DNA of 64,000 nucleotides from an uncultured Gaiellales bacterium (GTDB taxonomy: Bacteria > Actinomycetota > Thermoleophilia > Gaiellales > Gaiellaceae): contig CAYGLV010000002.1 of the NCBI GenBank assembly GCA_964351025.1, forward strand, positions 20,454-84,453, in the 5' to 3' direction. The notes below the pieces were generated by a model that was not told where the DNA came from, ran no database searches, and was given only the letters and a program-made list of their open reading frames with translations. This document shows positions 18,668 through 28,199 of the stretch, piece after piece. The first letter of the stretch is position 1; each line of letters opens with the position of its first letter. The position numbers and the translations under genes were made by a program.

Positions 18668-19549
18668 ATGGGCAAGGACATTCTCGTCGCGTACGGCGTC
18701 GACGTCGATGCCGTGGCCGGCTGGCTCGGCTCGTACGGGGGTGAGAACTCCCCGGACGACATCTCGCGAGGCCTGTTCGCGGGCGAGGTGGGGACGCCGC
18801 GCCTGCTCAAGCTCTTCGAGCGCCACGGTCTCAAGACGACGTGGTTCATTCCCGGCCACTCGATCGAGACGTTCCCGCGCGAGACCGAGCTGGTCGTCGC
18901 GGGCGGTCACGAGGTCGGCATCCACGGGTACTCGCACGAGAACCCGATCGCGATGACTCGGGAGCAGGAGACGGCCGTGCTCGACAAGTGCATCGACCTC
19001 GTCGAGCGGGTCTCGGGCAGGCGCCCGACCGGCTACGTCGCGCCGTGGTGGGAGTTCTCGAACGTCACCAACGAGCTGCTGCTCGAGCGTGGGATCAAGT
19101 ACGACCACTCGCTCATGCACGACGACTTCCACCCCTACTACGTGCGCGTCGGGGACTCGTGGACGAAGATCGACTACGCGAAGCGCGCGGACGAGTGGAT
19201 GCTGCCGCTCGTGCGCGGTGAGGAGACCGATCTGATCGAGATCCCGGCCAGCTGGTACCTCGACGATCTGCCGCCGATGATGTTCATCAAGACCGCGCCG
19301 AACAGCCACGGCTTCGTCAATCCGCGCGACATCGAGCAGCTCTGGATGGACCAGTTCGACTGGGTCTACCGTGAGTACGACTACGCCGTGTTCACGATGA
19401 CGATCCACCCTGACGTGAGCGGCCGCCCCGGCGTGCTCGCCATGCACGAGCGGATCATCGAGCACATCAACGGGCACGCCGGCGTGCGCTGGGCGACCTT
19501 CGACGAGATCGCCGACGACTTCAGCAGGCGCAGCCCACGGGCGGGCTGA
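18668..19549 (+). CDS. polysaccharide deacetylase-fold hydrolase (PuuE allantoinase-like family)
   Basis: [42 protein letters not shown] before the ATG at 18668. Confidence 0.75.
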   Translation: MGKDILVAYGVDVDAVAGWLGSYGGENSPDDISRGLFAGEVGTPRLLKLFERHGLKTTWFIPGHSIETFPRETELVVAGGHEVGIHGYSHENPIAMTREQETAVLDKCIDLVERVSGRRPTGYVAPWWEFSNVTNELLLERGIKYDHSLMHDDFHPYYVRVGDSWTKIDYAKRADEWMLPLVRGEETDLIEIPASWYLDDLPPMMFIKTAPNSHGFVNPRDIEQLWMDQFDWVYREYDYAVFTMTIHPDVSGRPGVLAMHERIIEHINGHAGVRWATFDEIADDFSRRSPRAG

Positions 19550-19576
19550 GCTCACTCAGCGAGAGGCTGGCTTGTG

Positions 19577-19618
19577 AAAAACCGGGGCGGGCGGCGCCGA
19601 GGCGCGTGCTGCCCGCCC
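19577..19618 (-). terminator. hairpin plus U-tract after the Pot-type ABC operon (also closes the convergent + gene)
   Basis: GGGCGGGC...GCCCGCCC stem. On the minus strand it is followed by CGGUUUUU. Confidence 0.45.
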
Positions 19619-19620
19619 TG

Positions 19621-20580
19621 CTAGCGAGTCGGCTCGTCCGGCTTGACCTTCAGCCCCTCCACCAGGCCGAGCTCCTCCTCGACGCTTTGCGTCGGGGGCG
19701 CACCGAGGAAGCGGAGCCGGAGCGACACGACCACGAGCAGGAGCAGGATCGTCAGGATCGAGACGAGCGTCGTCGCTGTGCCGAGCGCGTAGAGGTCGGG
19801 TCGGATCGCCGCCGTGAACGTCAGTCCGGCGATTTGCAGCGGCAGGGTCTGCGTCTCGGCGCCGCCGATCAGGAGCAACGTGCGGTCGTAGTCGTTCCAG
19901 GCCAGGGTGAAGCCGAACAGGAAGCAGCCGAAGAGGCCCGTCCAGACGAGCGGGAGCGTCACCTCCCGGAACGTCCGCAGCTGGTTCGCGCCGAGATCGC
20001 GGGCGGCCTCCTCGATGTGCTCGTCGTAGCGGTTCCAGACGGCCAGCATGACCAGGAACCCGAACGGGATGCCCCAGATCGCGTTCGTCCCGAGCGCCGT
20101 CTTCCAGAGCGAGGTCGGCTCGTCGATGAAGCGCCAGAAGAGCTGCGTCCCGAGCGCGAGCAGGAAGCCCGGCGTCATCAGCGCCAGCATGATCACGTAG
20201 AAGGCGACGCCGTCGCTGCGGAACCGGCGCCGGAACGCCATCGAGAGCGTGAAGGCGATGAACGAGACGACGAGGCCGGCCGCGAGGCTGAGCCACAGCG
20301 ACTGGATGCCGGCAGACCGGATCTCGTTCGCGTGCGAGCCTGGCATGTCGGCGTTGAAGAGCGACTCCCACCAGCGGATGCTGATCGGCCCCTTGAACGG
20401 GAACGTGAGCGAGCCGTAGAGCCCCTGCAAGGAGAGCACGCCCATCAGTGCCATCGGCAGGTGCAGGAAGACGAGGAAGAGCGTGAAGTACGCCCCGAGC
20501 ACCCATTTCGACCAATCCCTCCGGTGATGCTCGGCGTGGCGCGGGGTGTCCTGCGGAGCGGTGGTGTCGACGGCGCTCAC
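19621..20580 (-). CDS. ABC transporter permease (PotC-like)
   Basis: EEAARDLGANQLRTFREVTLP EAA loop. Polytopic. Confidence 0.8.
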   Translation of the reverse strand: MSAVDTTAPQDTPRHAEHHRRDWSKWVLGAYFTLFLVFLHLPMALMGVLSLQGLYGSLTFPFKGPISIRWWESLFNADMPGSHANEIRSAGIQSLWLSLAAGLVVSFIAFTLSMAFRRRFRSDGVAFYVIMLALMTPGFLLALGTQLFWRFIDEPTSLWKTALGTNAIWGIPFGFLVMLAVWNRYDEHIEEAARDLGANQLRTFREVTLPLVWTGLFGCFLFGFTLAWNDYDRTLLLIGGAETQTLPLQIAGLTFTAAIRPDLYALGTATTLVSILTILLLLVVVSLRLRFLGAPPTQSVEEELGLVEGLKVKPDEPTR

Positions 20581-20581
20581 G

Positions 20582-21529
20582 TCAGACGTCCTCTCGCAGG
20601 TTCGAGAAGCGGGTGATCACGAACACGCCGGCGATCAGGGCGAACACGAGCAGCACTGCGGACGCCGCGCCCTGCGGGTACTGGAGGCCGATCTCGACCT
20701 TGGACTGGACGATCGTGCCGACGGAGGAGATCTTGTTGCCGCCGATCACCCGCACCGTCCCGTACTCGCCCATCGTGAGCACGAAGATGAAGATCGAGCC
20801 GATCACGACGCCCGGCATCGACTGCGGCAGGATCACTTCCTTGAACGTGCGGAACCCGTTTGCGCCGAGGTCGCGCGCGGCCTCGATCGCGCTGCGGTCT
20901 ACCTGCGCGAGCATGAAGAAGAGCGGCGTGACCATGAAGAGGATGTAGAGCTGGATCATCGCGGCGGTCACCGACAGCTGGGAGAAGCCGAAGATCGCCA
21001 CCGGCTCGTCGACGATGCCGAGCTTGAGCAGCACCTGGTTGAGCGCTCCCTGGCGGCCCATCAGCGGGTATGTCCACGCGATCGACCGCGTCAGGAAGCT
21101 CGTCCAGAACGGCGCGAGCGCGAGCACGAACAGCGCGATCTGGTACTTGAGGTTCCGAACCTTGAGCGCGAGGAAGTAGGCGACCGGGAAGCCGAGGATG
21201 AGACAGGCGGAGACGGCGATCACCGACGTCGTGAAGCTCGTCAGCATGTTGTCCCAGTAGACCGAGTCGCCGAAGAGGTCGCGGTAGTTCGCGAACGTCC
21301 AGTCGGTGACGAAGCCGGACCTGGCTCCCTGCTCGTACGTCCAGAAGCTGACGAGGACGATGAAGACGAGCGGTGCGATCAGGTAGAGACTGAGCCAGAG
21401 GAAGCCCGGCGCGGCCCACAGGGCTGTCAGCCAGCCGCCGCCACGGCTGCCGGACGGTTCGGCCCGGCCAAGCGCTGCTTCCGCAGTAGCCGGTGCCCCA
21501 GCCTCCTCAGGTGCCGAGGAGCTGGACAT
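20582..21529 (-). CDS. ABC transporter permease (PotB-like)
   Basis: IEAARDLGANGFRTFKEVILP EAA loop. Polytopic. Confidence 0.8.
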   Translation of the reverse strand: MSSSSAPEEAGAPATAEAALGRAEPSGSRGGGWLTALWAAPGFLWLSLYLIAPLVFIVLVSFWTYEQGARSGFVTDWTFANYRDLFGDSVYWDNMLTSFTTSVIAVSACLILGFPVAYFLALKVRNLKYQIALFVLALAPFWTSFLTRSIAWTYPLMGRQGALNQVLLKLGIVDEPVAIFGFSQLSVTAAMIQLYILFMVTPLFFMLAQVDRSAIEAARDLGANGFRTFKEVILPQSMPGVVIGSIFIFVLTMGEYGTVRVIGGNKISSVGTIVQSKVEIGLQYPQGAASAVLLVFALIAGVFVITRFSNLREDV

Positions 21530-22658
21530 CCTCTTCCCTCCAGGTGACCCGGATCTGCTCGCCCTCTCTCCCGCGCAGGGCCGGGTAGCGATCGCCCGGC
21601 ACCTTGGCGAGGATGCGCTCCTCGCCGGCGTCGAGGTGGAGCTTGACGAGGTCGCCGAGGAACTCGACGAAGACGATCTCGCACTCGGCCGTGTTCAGGC
21701 TGTCCGCCGTCTCGCCCTCCGGGGCGATCTCGACCGCGGCGGCTCGCACTGCGACCTGCGTCCGATCGCCGACCTGGTCGGGGCTCGGGCCGCGCACGCT
21801 GATGCGGAAGCCGCGGGGGTGCTCGAGCACCAGCCGGTCACCGGCGTGCTCGGTCACCGTGCCCGTGAGGATGTTGTTGTCGCCCATGAAGCGCGCGACG
21901 AGCTCGTTGCGCGGCCGCGTCGCGATCGTGAGCGGGTCTGCGACCTGCTGGATGCGCGCGTCGTTCATCACGACGATCCGGTCCGCCATCGAGAGGGCTT
22001 CCTCCTGATTGTGCGTGACGTGGATGAACATCAGGCCGAGCTGGCGCTGGAGCCGGCGCAGCTCGACGCGCATCCGCAGCTGGAGCAGCCGGTCGAGGTC
22101 GCCGAGCGGCTCGTCCAGGAGCAGCGCCTTCGGCTTCGTCACGAGCACGCGCGCGAGCGCAACCCGTTGCTGCTGTCCGCCGGAGAGCGCCGCGGGCTTG
22201 CGGTCGGCGAGCATCTCGAGGCCGACCATCTGCAGCGCTTCGAAGGCCTGGCGCTTGCGCTCGGCCTTCCCGACGCCGTGCATCTTCAGCCCGAAGGCGA
22301 CGTTCTCGAGCACGTTCCGGTGCGGGAAGAGAGCAAAGTGCTGGAAGACGGTCGTTGTCGGGCGGAGGTGGGGCTGGAGGCCCACGAGCGACTCCCCGTC
22401 GAGCCGAATGTCGCCCGAGGTGGGGAAGTCGTGCCCGCCGATCATGCGCAGCGTCGTGGTCTTGCCGCAGCCGGAGGGGCCGAGCAGGACGACGTACTCG
22501 CCGTGGTCGACGTGCAGGTTGACGTCCTCGACGGCGATCGTGCCCCCGGGGAAGACCTTCGTCAGGTTGACGAGCTCGAGCCCGGAGATCTGCGCGGGGG
22601 AGGGGGCGGCGGTTGCCGCCCCCTCCCCCGCTGCGTGCTTGTCCGTTTCCTCTGCCAT
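21507..22658 (-). CDS. ABC transporter ATP-binding protein (PotA-like, with C-terminal TOBE-like domain)
   Basis: GPSGCGKTT, LSGGQQQRVALAR, LLLDEPLGDLD. Confidence 0.85.
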   Translation of the reverse strand: MAEETDKHAAGEGAATAAPSPAQISGLELVNLTKVFPGGTIAVEDVNLHVDHGEYVVLLGPSGCGKTTTLRMIGGHDFPTSGDIRLDGESLVGLQPHLRPTTTVFQHFALFPHRNVLENVAFGLKMHGVGKAERKRQAFEALQMVGLEMLADRKPAALSGGQQQRVALARVLVTKPKALLLDEPLGDLDRLLQLRMRVELRRLQRQLGLMFIHVTHNQEEALSMADRIVVMNDARIQQVADPLTIATRPRNELVARFMGDNNILTGTVTEHAGDRLVLEHPRGFRISVRGPSPDQVGDRTQVAVRAAAVEIAPEGETADSLNTAECEIVFVEFLGDLVKLHLDAGEERILAKVPGDRYPALRGREGEQIRVTWREEDVQLLGT

Positions 22659-22662
22659 AGAT

Positions 22663-24186
22663 CTACGCGCTGAGGAACTCGTTGACGCGCTTGACCTGGT
22701 GCACGTTCTCGGTGAAGAACGAGTTCCAGGACGCGATCTTCGTGGAGCGCTTCACGAACGATCCTCCGTCGCGAATGCTCCCCTTCTTGACGTCGCCGAC
22801 CTGGCCGGTGATGCCGGGCAGGTCGCTCGCCGCGGGCTTGCCGCTGTACCAGAAGTCGTGCTCGGCCTGCGTGAACGCGGGCTTTCCGGTCGACTTGGCC
22901 CGCGACGACTTGAGCCACGCCGGCAGCTGGTTGCCGTTCGAGATGTAGTAGCCCTGGCGCATGATCGCCGCGCCGAGGTACCCCTCGTTCATCCAGTTCA
23001 GGTAGTCGTAGACCGCCTGCAGCTTCGCCGGGTCCTTCGCGACATGGGCAGGGATGCCCTGCGTGCCGCACCAGCCGCGCATGCCCTCCTTCGGGAAGGC
23101 GTAGCGGCAGTTGACGCCCTGCGCCACGAGCAGCGCGACGGCCGGCGACCACATCGACTCGATCACGACCTCCTTCGAGGCCATCAGGTTCACGGACTCG
23201 TTGAACGTGCCCCAGAACGCCCGGAACTGACCCTTCTTCTTAAAGCCGATCATGATCTTGATGAAGCGGTCGATCTCGCCCTTCGTCATGTTCCCGACGT
23301 TCTTGAACTTCATCAACCCGAGTGCCTGCACGGCGTTGCCGCCGTCCTGGGAGATGATCCCCGGGTCGTTCAGGAGCGCGACGCGTCCTTTCCATTTGGC
23401 GTTCAGGAGCTCGGCCCACGACACCTGCCCCGGCGCCTTCTTGATGACGTCTCCGTCGTAGCCCATCGAGTCGAAGTTGAAGTGCGCCGGCGCGCCCGTG
23501 ATGTAGCGAGGCATCGGCTTCCCGCCGATCGGCTTGCCGGTGCGCTCGTCGATCCACTCGACGATGGCCTTGTTGCTCTTCGGGCCCGACTTGGCAGGCG
23601 GCAGGCCCAGCGTGCCGTTCGGGTCGAGGAAGAGCGAGCGGAACGGGGCGTTCCCCTGGCCATAGGTGGCCGCCGGGTTGTTCGGGTTGACCTTCCCGCG
23701 CGTGAAGAGCGGGTACATCGCGTTCCACGCCTTCAGCTTGCGGGTGTCGACCGGCGTGAAGTTCCCGGTCGGCCAGATCTGGAAGAACTGGTAGTTGTAG
23801 AGGCCGCCGACGTCGAAGCTCTCCGGGTCGGTGATTGACTTCTGCACCTGCTGGTTGGTGCCCATCGCCTGGATGTTGAACTTGAAGCCGAGGTCCTTCT
23901 CGGCCTGCTCCTTCGCCCCGGGAGGCCACTCGACGCCGAGCGTGATCACGCGCATGGTGCCCGTGAACTTCTCGGTGCTCGCCGGTGCAGCCGCCGCCCT
24001 GCCTGCCAACGCGCCGAGGCCGCCGAGCGCCGCAGCGCCGACGCCGCCCTTGACGAGGAGGTTGCGGCGAGTGAGCCCGCTCTGCTGCTTCGGCTCGGAG
24101 AAATCGCCTCGCGTGAGCTCCTGAGTCTCCTTCAGGTGCCCGGCGTATTCGTAGGGATCGTACTTGACATCTTCGATGTTGCCCAT
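22663..24186 (-). CDS. extracellular solute-binding protein (PotD/family-1-like) with Tat-type signal
   Basis: TRRNLLVKGGVGAAALGG leader. AAGGAG RBS before the ATG at 24186. Confidence 0.75.
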   Translation of the reverse strand: MGNIEDVKYDPYEYAGHLKETQELTRGDFSEPKQQSGLTRRNLLVKGGVGAAALGGLGALAGRAAAAPASTEKFTGTMRVITLGVEWPPGAKEQAEKDLGFKFNIQAMGTNQQVQKSITDPESFDVGGLYNYQFFQIWPTGNFTPVDTRKLKAWNAMYPLFTRGKVNPNNPAATYGQGNAPFRSLFLDPNGTLGLPPAKSGPKSNKAIVEWIDERTGKPIGGKPMPRYITGAPAHFNFDSMGYDGDVIKKAPGQVSWAELLNAKWKGRVALLNDPGIISQDGGNAVQALGLMKFKNVGNMTKGEIDRFIKIMIGFKKKGQFRAFWGTFNESVNLMASKEVVIESMWSPAVALLVAQGVNCRYAFPKEGMRGWCGTQGIPAHVAKDPAKLQAVYDYLNWMNEGYLGAAIMRQGYYISNGNQLPAWLKSSRAKSTGKPAFTQAEHDFWYSGKPAASDLPGITGQVGDVKKGSIRDGGSFVKRSTKIASWNSFFTENVHQVKRVNEFLSA

Positions 24187-24356
24187 CCGATCTCCTTTCG
24201 CAACGCCTTCGGCCAATAGAGGAGCCTACGGACGGGTTACCGACACCGGGGCAGGGAGCCCCGGGGTTGGGCCGAACGCCAGGCGTCCACGGACGATGCT
24301 CTGTATACAAGAAAGCCGCATCCCGGTCAACCAGCGCCGTGACACCCGTGTGACGG

Positions 24357-25718
24357 TCACCGGTCGGCGGCCTGCTCAGGGGCGAGCCGCCCTGAAGCGC
24401 GCTCGAGCAGCACGCTCTGGACGGCACTCAGCGCGAGGTAGCTGAGGCCGGCTGCCGCGATGCCCCACACGACCTTGACGACCTCGTGCGGCACTGCGTA
24501 GAAGACTGCGGCGCCGATAGCGGTCGCCGCCAGTGCGGCGAGGTTCACGCCCCACGCGTAGCGGTAGCGGCCGCGCGGGTCGAAGAGTGCCGGCACATCG
24601 ATGTGCATCCGCTGCACGAGGACGTAGTCCGCGAAGATGACGCCGGTCAGCGGCGCGGCGATGTTTCCGAGGTGGGTGATCCACGACTGCGCCTCCTCGA
24701 TGAAGCCGGGGAATGCGGACAGGAGGACGGCCGCGGCGCCGACCGCGATCGTCGCGTGCAGCCGCCCGAGTCGTGGAACCGCGTTCACGAGCGACATTCC
24801 GGCGGTATAGACGTTCGTCAGGTTCGCGATGAACGTCTGCACGACGATCGCGAGCAGCAGCAGGCCGAGCAGCACCTTGCTCGTCGTGAGGGCGGCGGCG
24901 GCCACGAACGGGTTCGTCTCCCCCGTCGCAGCCGCGGCGTAGCCGCCGATGAACGTCGTCGCGGCCGCTGCGGTGAGCGACGAGGCGACGAGGCCGACGC
25001 GCATGTCGCGTCGCGTCGGCGTGTAGCGGCAGAAGTCGGCCACATTCGTCACGAACGTCAGCGACGCGCCGCACATCACCGTGACGAACGTCGCGAAGCC
25101 GACCCACGTGAACCGCTGATCGGGCGAGTCGAAGACGCGGCCGACCGCGTAGGCAGGGTCGTCGCTCGCGATGTAGAGCGCGACGAGCACCGCGCCGGAC
25201 GCGAGGCTGAGCGGCAGGACACCCCGCAGCAGCCAGCGCATGACGTCGAACCCGAGCGCCGCCACCGCGGCGTGGAAGACGGCGAGCGCGAGCGCCACGG
25301 GGACGAGCGGCAGTCGCTCGCCGGTGATCACCTGCACGATCGCCTGGAACCCGAACGCCCCGGTCAGGGCCTGGGCCGCGAACCAGTACGTCGCGGCGAC
25401 CATCCGGTACGGGGAGGTGAGGCCGCGCGCCCCCCAGAAGCCGAACGTCGCGCGCATCGCGACCTGGCCGGACAGCCCTTCGTCGACCCCCGGCTGGGCG
25501 GCTGCGACGAGGAACGCGAACGCGAGCGCCTGCCCGGCGACCATCGCAGCGACCGCCCACGGAAGCGGGAGGCCGCCTGCGACGACGGCGAGCGCGCCCA
25601 GCACGTACATGACCGGGTTGAGGAAGAACGTGAAGTTGATCGCGAACAGCGTCCGCCAGCCCGCGGTGCGGAGCTCCGCCGGAATCGGCTCGACGCCGAA
25701 CTCCTCGATCGAGGGCAT
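24357..25718 (-). CDS. NCS1 family (cytosine/purine/uracil/allantoin/hydantoin) permease
   Basis: About 12 TM segments. The N-terminus PIPAELRTAGWRTLFAINFTFFLNP is typical of NCS1. Confidence 0.8.
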   Translation of the reverse strand: MPSIEEFGVEPIPAELRTAGWRTLFAINFTFFLNPVMYVLGALAVVAGGLPLPWAVAAMVAGQALAFAFLVAAAQPGVDEGLSGQVAMRATFGFWGARGLTSPYRMVAATYWFAAQALTGAFGFQAIVQVITGERLPLVPVALALAVFHAAVAALGFDVMRWLLRGVLPLSLASGAVLVALYIASDDPAYAVGRVFDSPDQRFTWVGFATFVTVMCGASLTFVTNVADFCRYTPTRRDMRVGLVASSLTAAAATTFIGGYAAAATGETNPFVAAAALTTSKVLLGLLLLAIVVQTFIANLTNVYTAGMSLVNAVPRLGRLHATIAVGAAAVLLSAFPGFIEEAQSWITHLGNIAAPLTGVIFADYVLVQRMHIDVPALFDPRGRYRYAWGVNLAALAATAIGAAVFYAVPHEVVKVVWGIAAAGLSYLALSAVQSVLLERASGRLAPEQAADR

Positions 25719-25727
25719 TCGCTCCCC

Positions 25728-26591
25728 CTACGCCGGCGTGGCCGTCGCCGCGTGAACGCCGCTCGCGCGGCGGAAGAAGTCGATCACAACGCGGTTGTGC
25801 TCCTCCGTGTTGTCGAAGACGGTCGAATGGCCCGAGCCCCGCACGACGTGCTTCTCGGCGCCGGCGATCCCCCGGAAGATGCCCTCCTGGCCGACGCCGC
25901 CCGGGCCCTGGTCCCACGGCGTCATCAGGTCCTCGTCGCCGCCGAGCACGAGCGCCGGCGACGTGATGCGCGGCAGCCAGCCGGTCAGGTCCATGTCGCA
26001 CATCGCCTGGCAGGCGGCCGTGAAGACCTCGAGCCGGTTGGAGTCGCGCAGGATCTGCTGGATCCCGTCGATCGCGGCGACGCCGTCCGGCGTCTCGAGG
26101 AACGTCTTCGAGAGCGCCTGCCACGCGATCAGCTCGGCGAGGATGCGGCTGCCGGGCCCGTCCGGGTCGAGCCGCGCGATGTCGATCCAGTTCTTGAAGA
26201 TCAGCCGCCCGGTCGTGCCGAGCTTGGCGGCGGCGCAGTTGATCACGACGGACGTCGTGCGTTGCGGGTACTTGCCCGCGAACACGATCGAGATCATCCC
26301 GCCCATCGAGGTGCCGTGAATGTGCGCACGTTCGATCCCGAGGACGTCCAGCAGACCGGCGACATCGTCGGCCCAGACTTCCATGTCGTAGTGCTGCAGC
26401 GGCTTGTCCGACTGCCCGTAGCCGCGCATGTCGAAGTCGATCACCCTGAACACCTTCGAGAGCTCCGGTGTCGCGGGGTCGAAGTTGAAGTGCCCGAATC
26501 CCGCTCCGTGGATCTGCACGACCGGCTCTCCGTCACCGGAGATCCGGTGCCAGAGGCTGACCCCGTTGACGTCGAGCATGCCCTCCATCAC
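25728..26591 (-). CDS. alpha/beta-fold hydrolase
   Basis: HGAGFG, GTSMGG nucleophile elbow, C-terminal GHS. Confidence 0.8.
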   Translation of the reverse strand: MMEGMLDVNGVSLWHRISGDGEPVVQIHGAGFGHFNFDPATPELSKVFRVIDFDMRGYGQSDKPLQHYDMEVWADDVAGLLDVLGIERAHIHGTSMGGMISIVFAGKYPQRTTSVVINCAAAKLGTTGRLIFKNWIDIARLDPDGPGSRILAELIAWQALSKTFLETPDGVAAIDGIQQILRDSNRLEVFTAACQAMCDMDLTGWLPRITSPALVLGGDEDLMTPWDQGPGGVGQEGIFRGIAGAEKHVVRGSGHSTVFDNTEEHNRVVIDFFRRASGVHAATATPA

Positions 26592-26645
26592 GCCTCCCAG
26601 TCGGTGTCGTGGTGGGCGGACTATCTCAGATGTCTGACATCCGGG

Positions 26646-27389
26646 CTACGCGCGTTCGAGCGTGAGCTCGACTCGCTCGAGCGGAAGCCCGGGGAAGGCG
26701 TCGCCGAAGTCCCGCTGCGTCCACTGCCGCTTCGGCACGAGCCGCCGGAGCAGCGAGAAGCGTGCCGGGCTCTCGACGAAGGGGTACGGGTCGAGCGCGA
26801 CCCGCCACCCCTCGAGCGGTGTGAATCGGAACCCGGCCACCTCGCCGGCCTCGCCGCCTGCAACGTCGCTCAGGCAGAAGTACAGGGAGAAGCGGTCGTA
26901 GAGCTGAAGCCGGTGGTAGTCGGCCCAGCGGAGCTCGTCCTCGACCCCGAGCTGCGCCGCCCGGCCCGCGAAGGCGCCCTCCTGCTCTGCGACGAACGCG
27001 TCCACGAGCGCCCTCGCCTCGTCCGCGTGGCTCAGCTGGAGCTCCGGGTGCGTGCCGTAGCGCTGGCGGTAGATGCCGGCCCCGTGCATCGAGACGAGCA
27101 GCCCCGCATACGCGTCCGCGTCGGAGACAGCCGCGATCCCGGCGCGGTAGAAGGCGAGGTGGGCGGGAACCTGGACATCGAGGAAGTTGAGCGGCTTGCC
27201 GGTCTCGGGCTCGATCAGCGGCGCCTGCTCCCAGACCGCCCACCCGTCGTCGTGGCGCTCCGCCGCCACGAGCAGCGACTCATGACGTGGGCCTGTGTCG
27301 GCCCACTGCCGCGCGAACGCCGCGGACAGGTCGGCGTGGTCGGTCTGAAGGACGACCTGCCAGCTTGCGCCGGCCTCGCGGACGATCAC
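26646..27389 (-). CDS. DUF3891-like hypothetical protein
   Basis: The N-terminus MIVRE....V.LQTDHADLSAAFARQW resembles the DUF3891 pattern. Family call from memory only. Confidence 0.5.
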   Translation of the reverse strand: MIVREAGASWQVVLQTDHADLSAAFARQWADTGPRHESLLVAAERHDDGWAVWEQAPLIEPETGKPLNFLDVQVPAHLAFYRAGIAAVSDADAYAGLLVSMHGAGIYRQRYGTHPELQLSHADEARALVDAFVAEQEGAFAGRAAQLGVEDELRWADYHRLQLYDRFSLYFCLSDVAGGEAGEVAGFRFTPLEGWRVALDPYPFVESPARFSLLRRLVPKRQWTQRDFGDAFPGLPLERVELTLERA

Positions 27390-27467
27390 GGCATCCCCTG
27401 GAGGCAGGCCTTGCGCATGCGACCGCCAGCTCGTTCCGGGAGCCTGCCCACGGCCCGAACATACAGT

Positions 27468-28199
27468 ATGGCCCTCGTGTCACCAACGTCTCGATTCACG
27501 CTCCGCTACGAGGAGGAGGCGGAGGGCGTCGTCGCCTCGGTCTTCCGTGATGTCAGGCTGCGGATGGAGTTCGTGCCGGCGATCTTCAAAGCGCTCGCAG
27601 CAGACCCCGAGGCGCTCGTCCAGGCGTGGTTGCAGGCACGCTCGATCTACGACGATCCGCGCACGGGAGCGGCACTCGCGCGACTGCTCGAGCGTGCCGA
27701 GCCGGGCCTCGCCTACCGGCCGAGCGACGCTGTCCGGGACGCGGTCGCCCCCTTTGCGCAGGAGCTGCCCGCGCTGCTTTTGATCGTGACGTCGCTCGGG
27801 CTCGCGCTCGACGGTGCGGTACCCCTTCAGCCGCTGCCGCCGCTCGACCTGCCCCCGGCGGGGCCGGTTCCCGAAAGCTCTGTTCCGGAGGAGCGCGGCG
27901 AGCATCCTCTCTTCGACGAGATCCGTGCCGTCTACCTCACCCAGCACGTGCCGAGCATGTACCGGGCGCTCGCGGCCGGAGCATTGCTGGACGAGCCGTG
28001 GTCCGCGATCGTCCCGTTCCTGGCGGGCGAGGCGGGCAGTGAGCTCGTCGCCGCCGTCGGCGCGGAGGCCGAGGCGCAGGCGCTCCGCTTCCCGGAGTTC
28101 GCCTTCTTCGGGGCGGAGGGCGCGCGGCCCGTTCTCGACCAGTTCCGGCGCGCGCTGCCCCGGAACCTCGTCTTCGCCCTCGGGGCGTCGGCGCTCTAG
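27468..28199 (+). CDS. hypothetical protein, possibly DehI (halocarboxylic acid dehydrogenase-like) family
   Basis: The in-frame tail of the 1237-aa shadow ORF becomes protein-like from the ATG at 27468. GVVASVFRDVRLRMEFVPAIFKALAADPEALVQAW resembles the DehI-family N-terminal pattern. Confidence 0.45.
   Translation: MALVSPTSRFTLRYEEEAEGVVASVFRDVRLRMEFVPAIFKALAADPEALVQAWLQARSIYDDPRTGAALARLLERAEPGLAYRPSDAVRDAVAPFAQELPALLLIVTSLGLALDGAVPLQPLPPLDLPPAGPVPESSVPEERGEHPLFDEIRAVYLTQHVPSMYRALAAGALLDEPWSAIVPFLAGEAGSELVAAVGAEAEAQALRFPEFAFFGAEGARPVLDQFRRALPRNLVFALGASAL

Noticed and set aside
24339-24360. GTGACAC...GTGACGGTCAC palindromic cluster at the NCS1 stop codon.
   Set aside because: The 11-bp palindrome has a 1-nt centre, so it cannot form a terminator hairpin. 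It lies partly in coding sequence, and a single occurrence is not enough to call an operator.
24486-28199. A 1237-aa + strand ORF, the longest in the track.
   Set aside because: Most of it is antisense to four recognisable minus-strand genes (NCS1 permease, alpha/beta hydrolase, DUF3891-like). It is Arg/Asp/Glu/Pro/Gly-rich low-complexity sequence typical of GC-rich shadow frames. Only its last 243 codons (27468..28199) look like a real protein.
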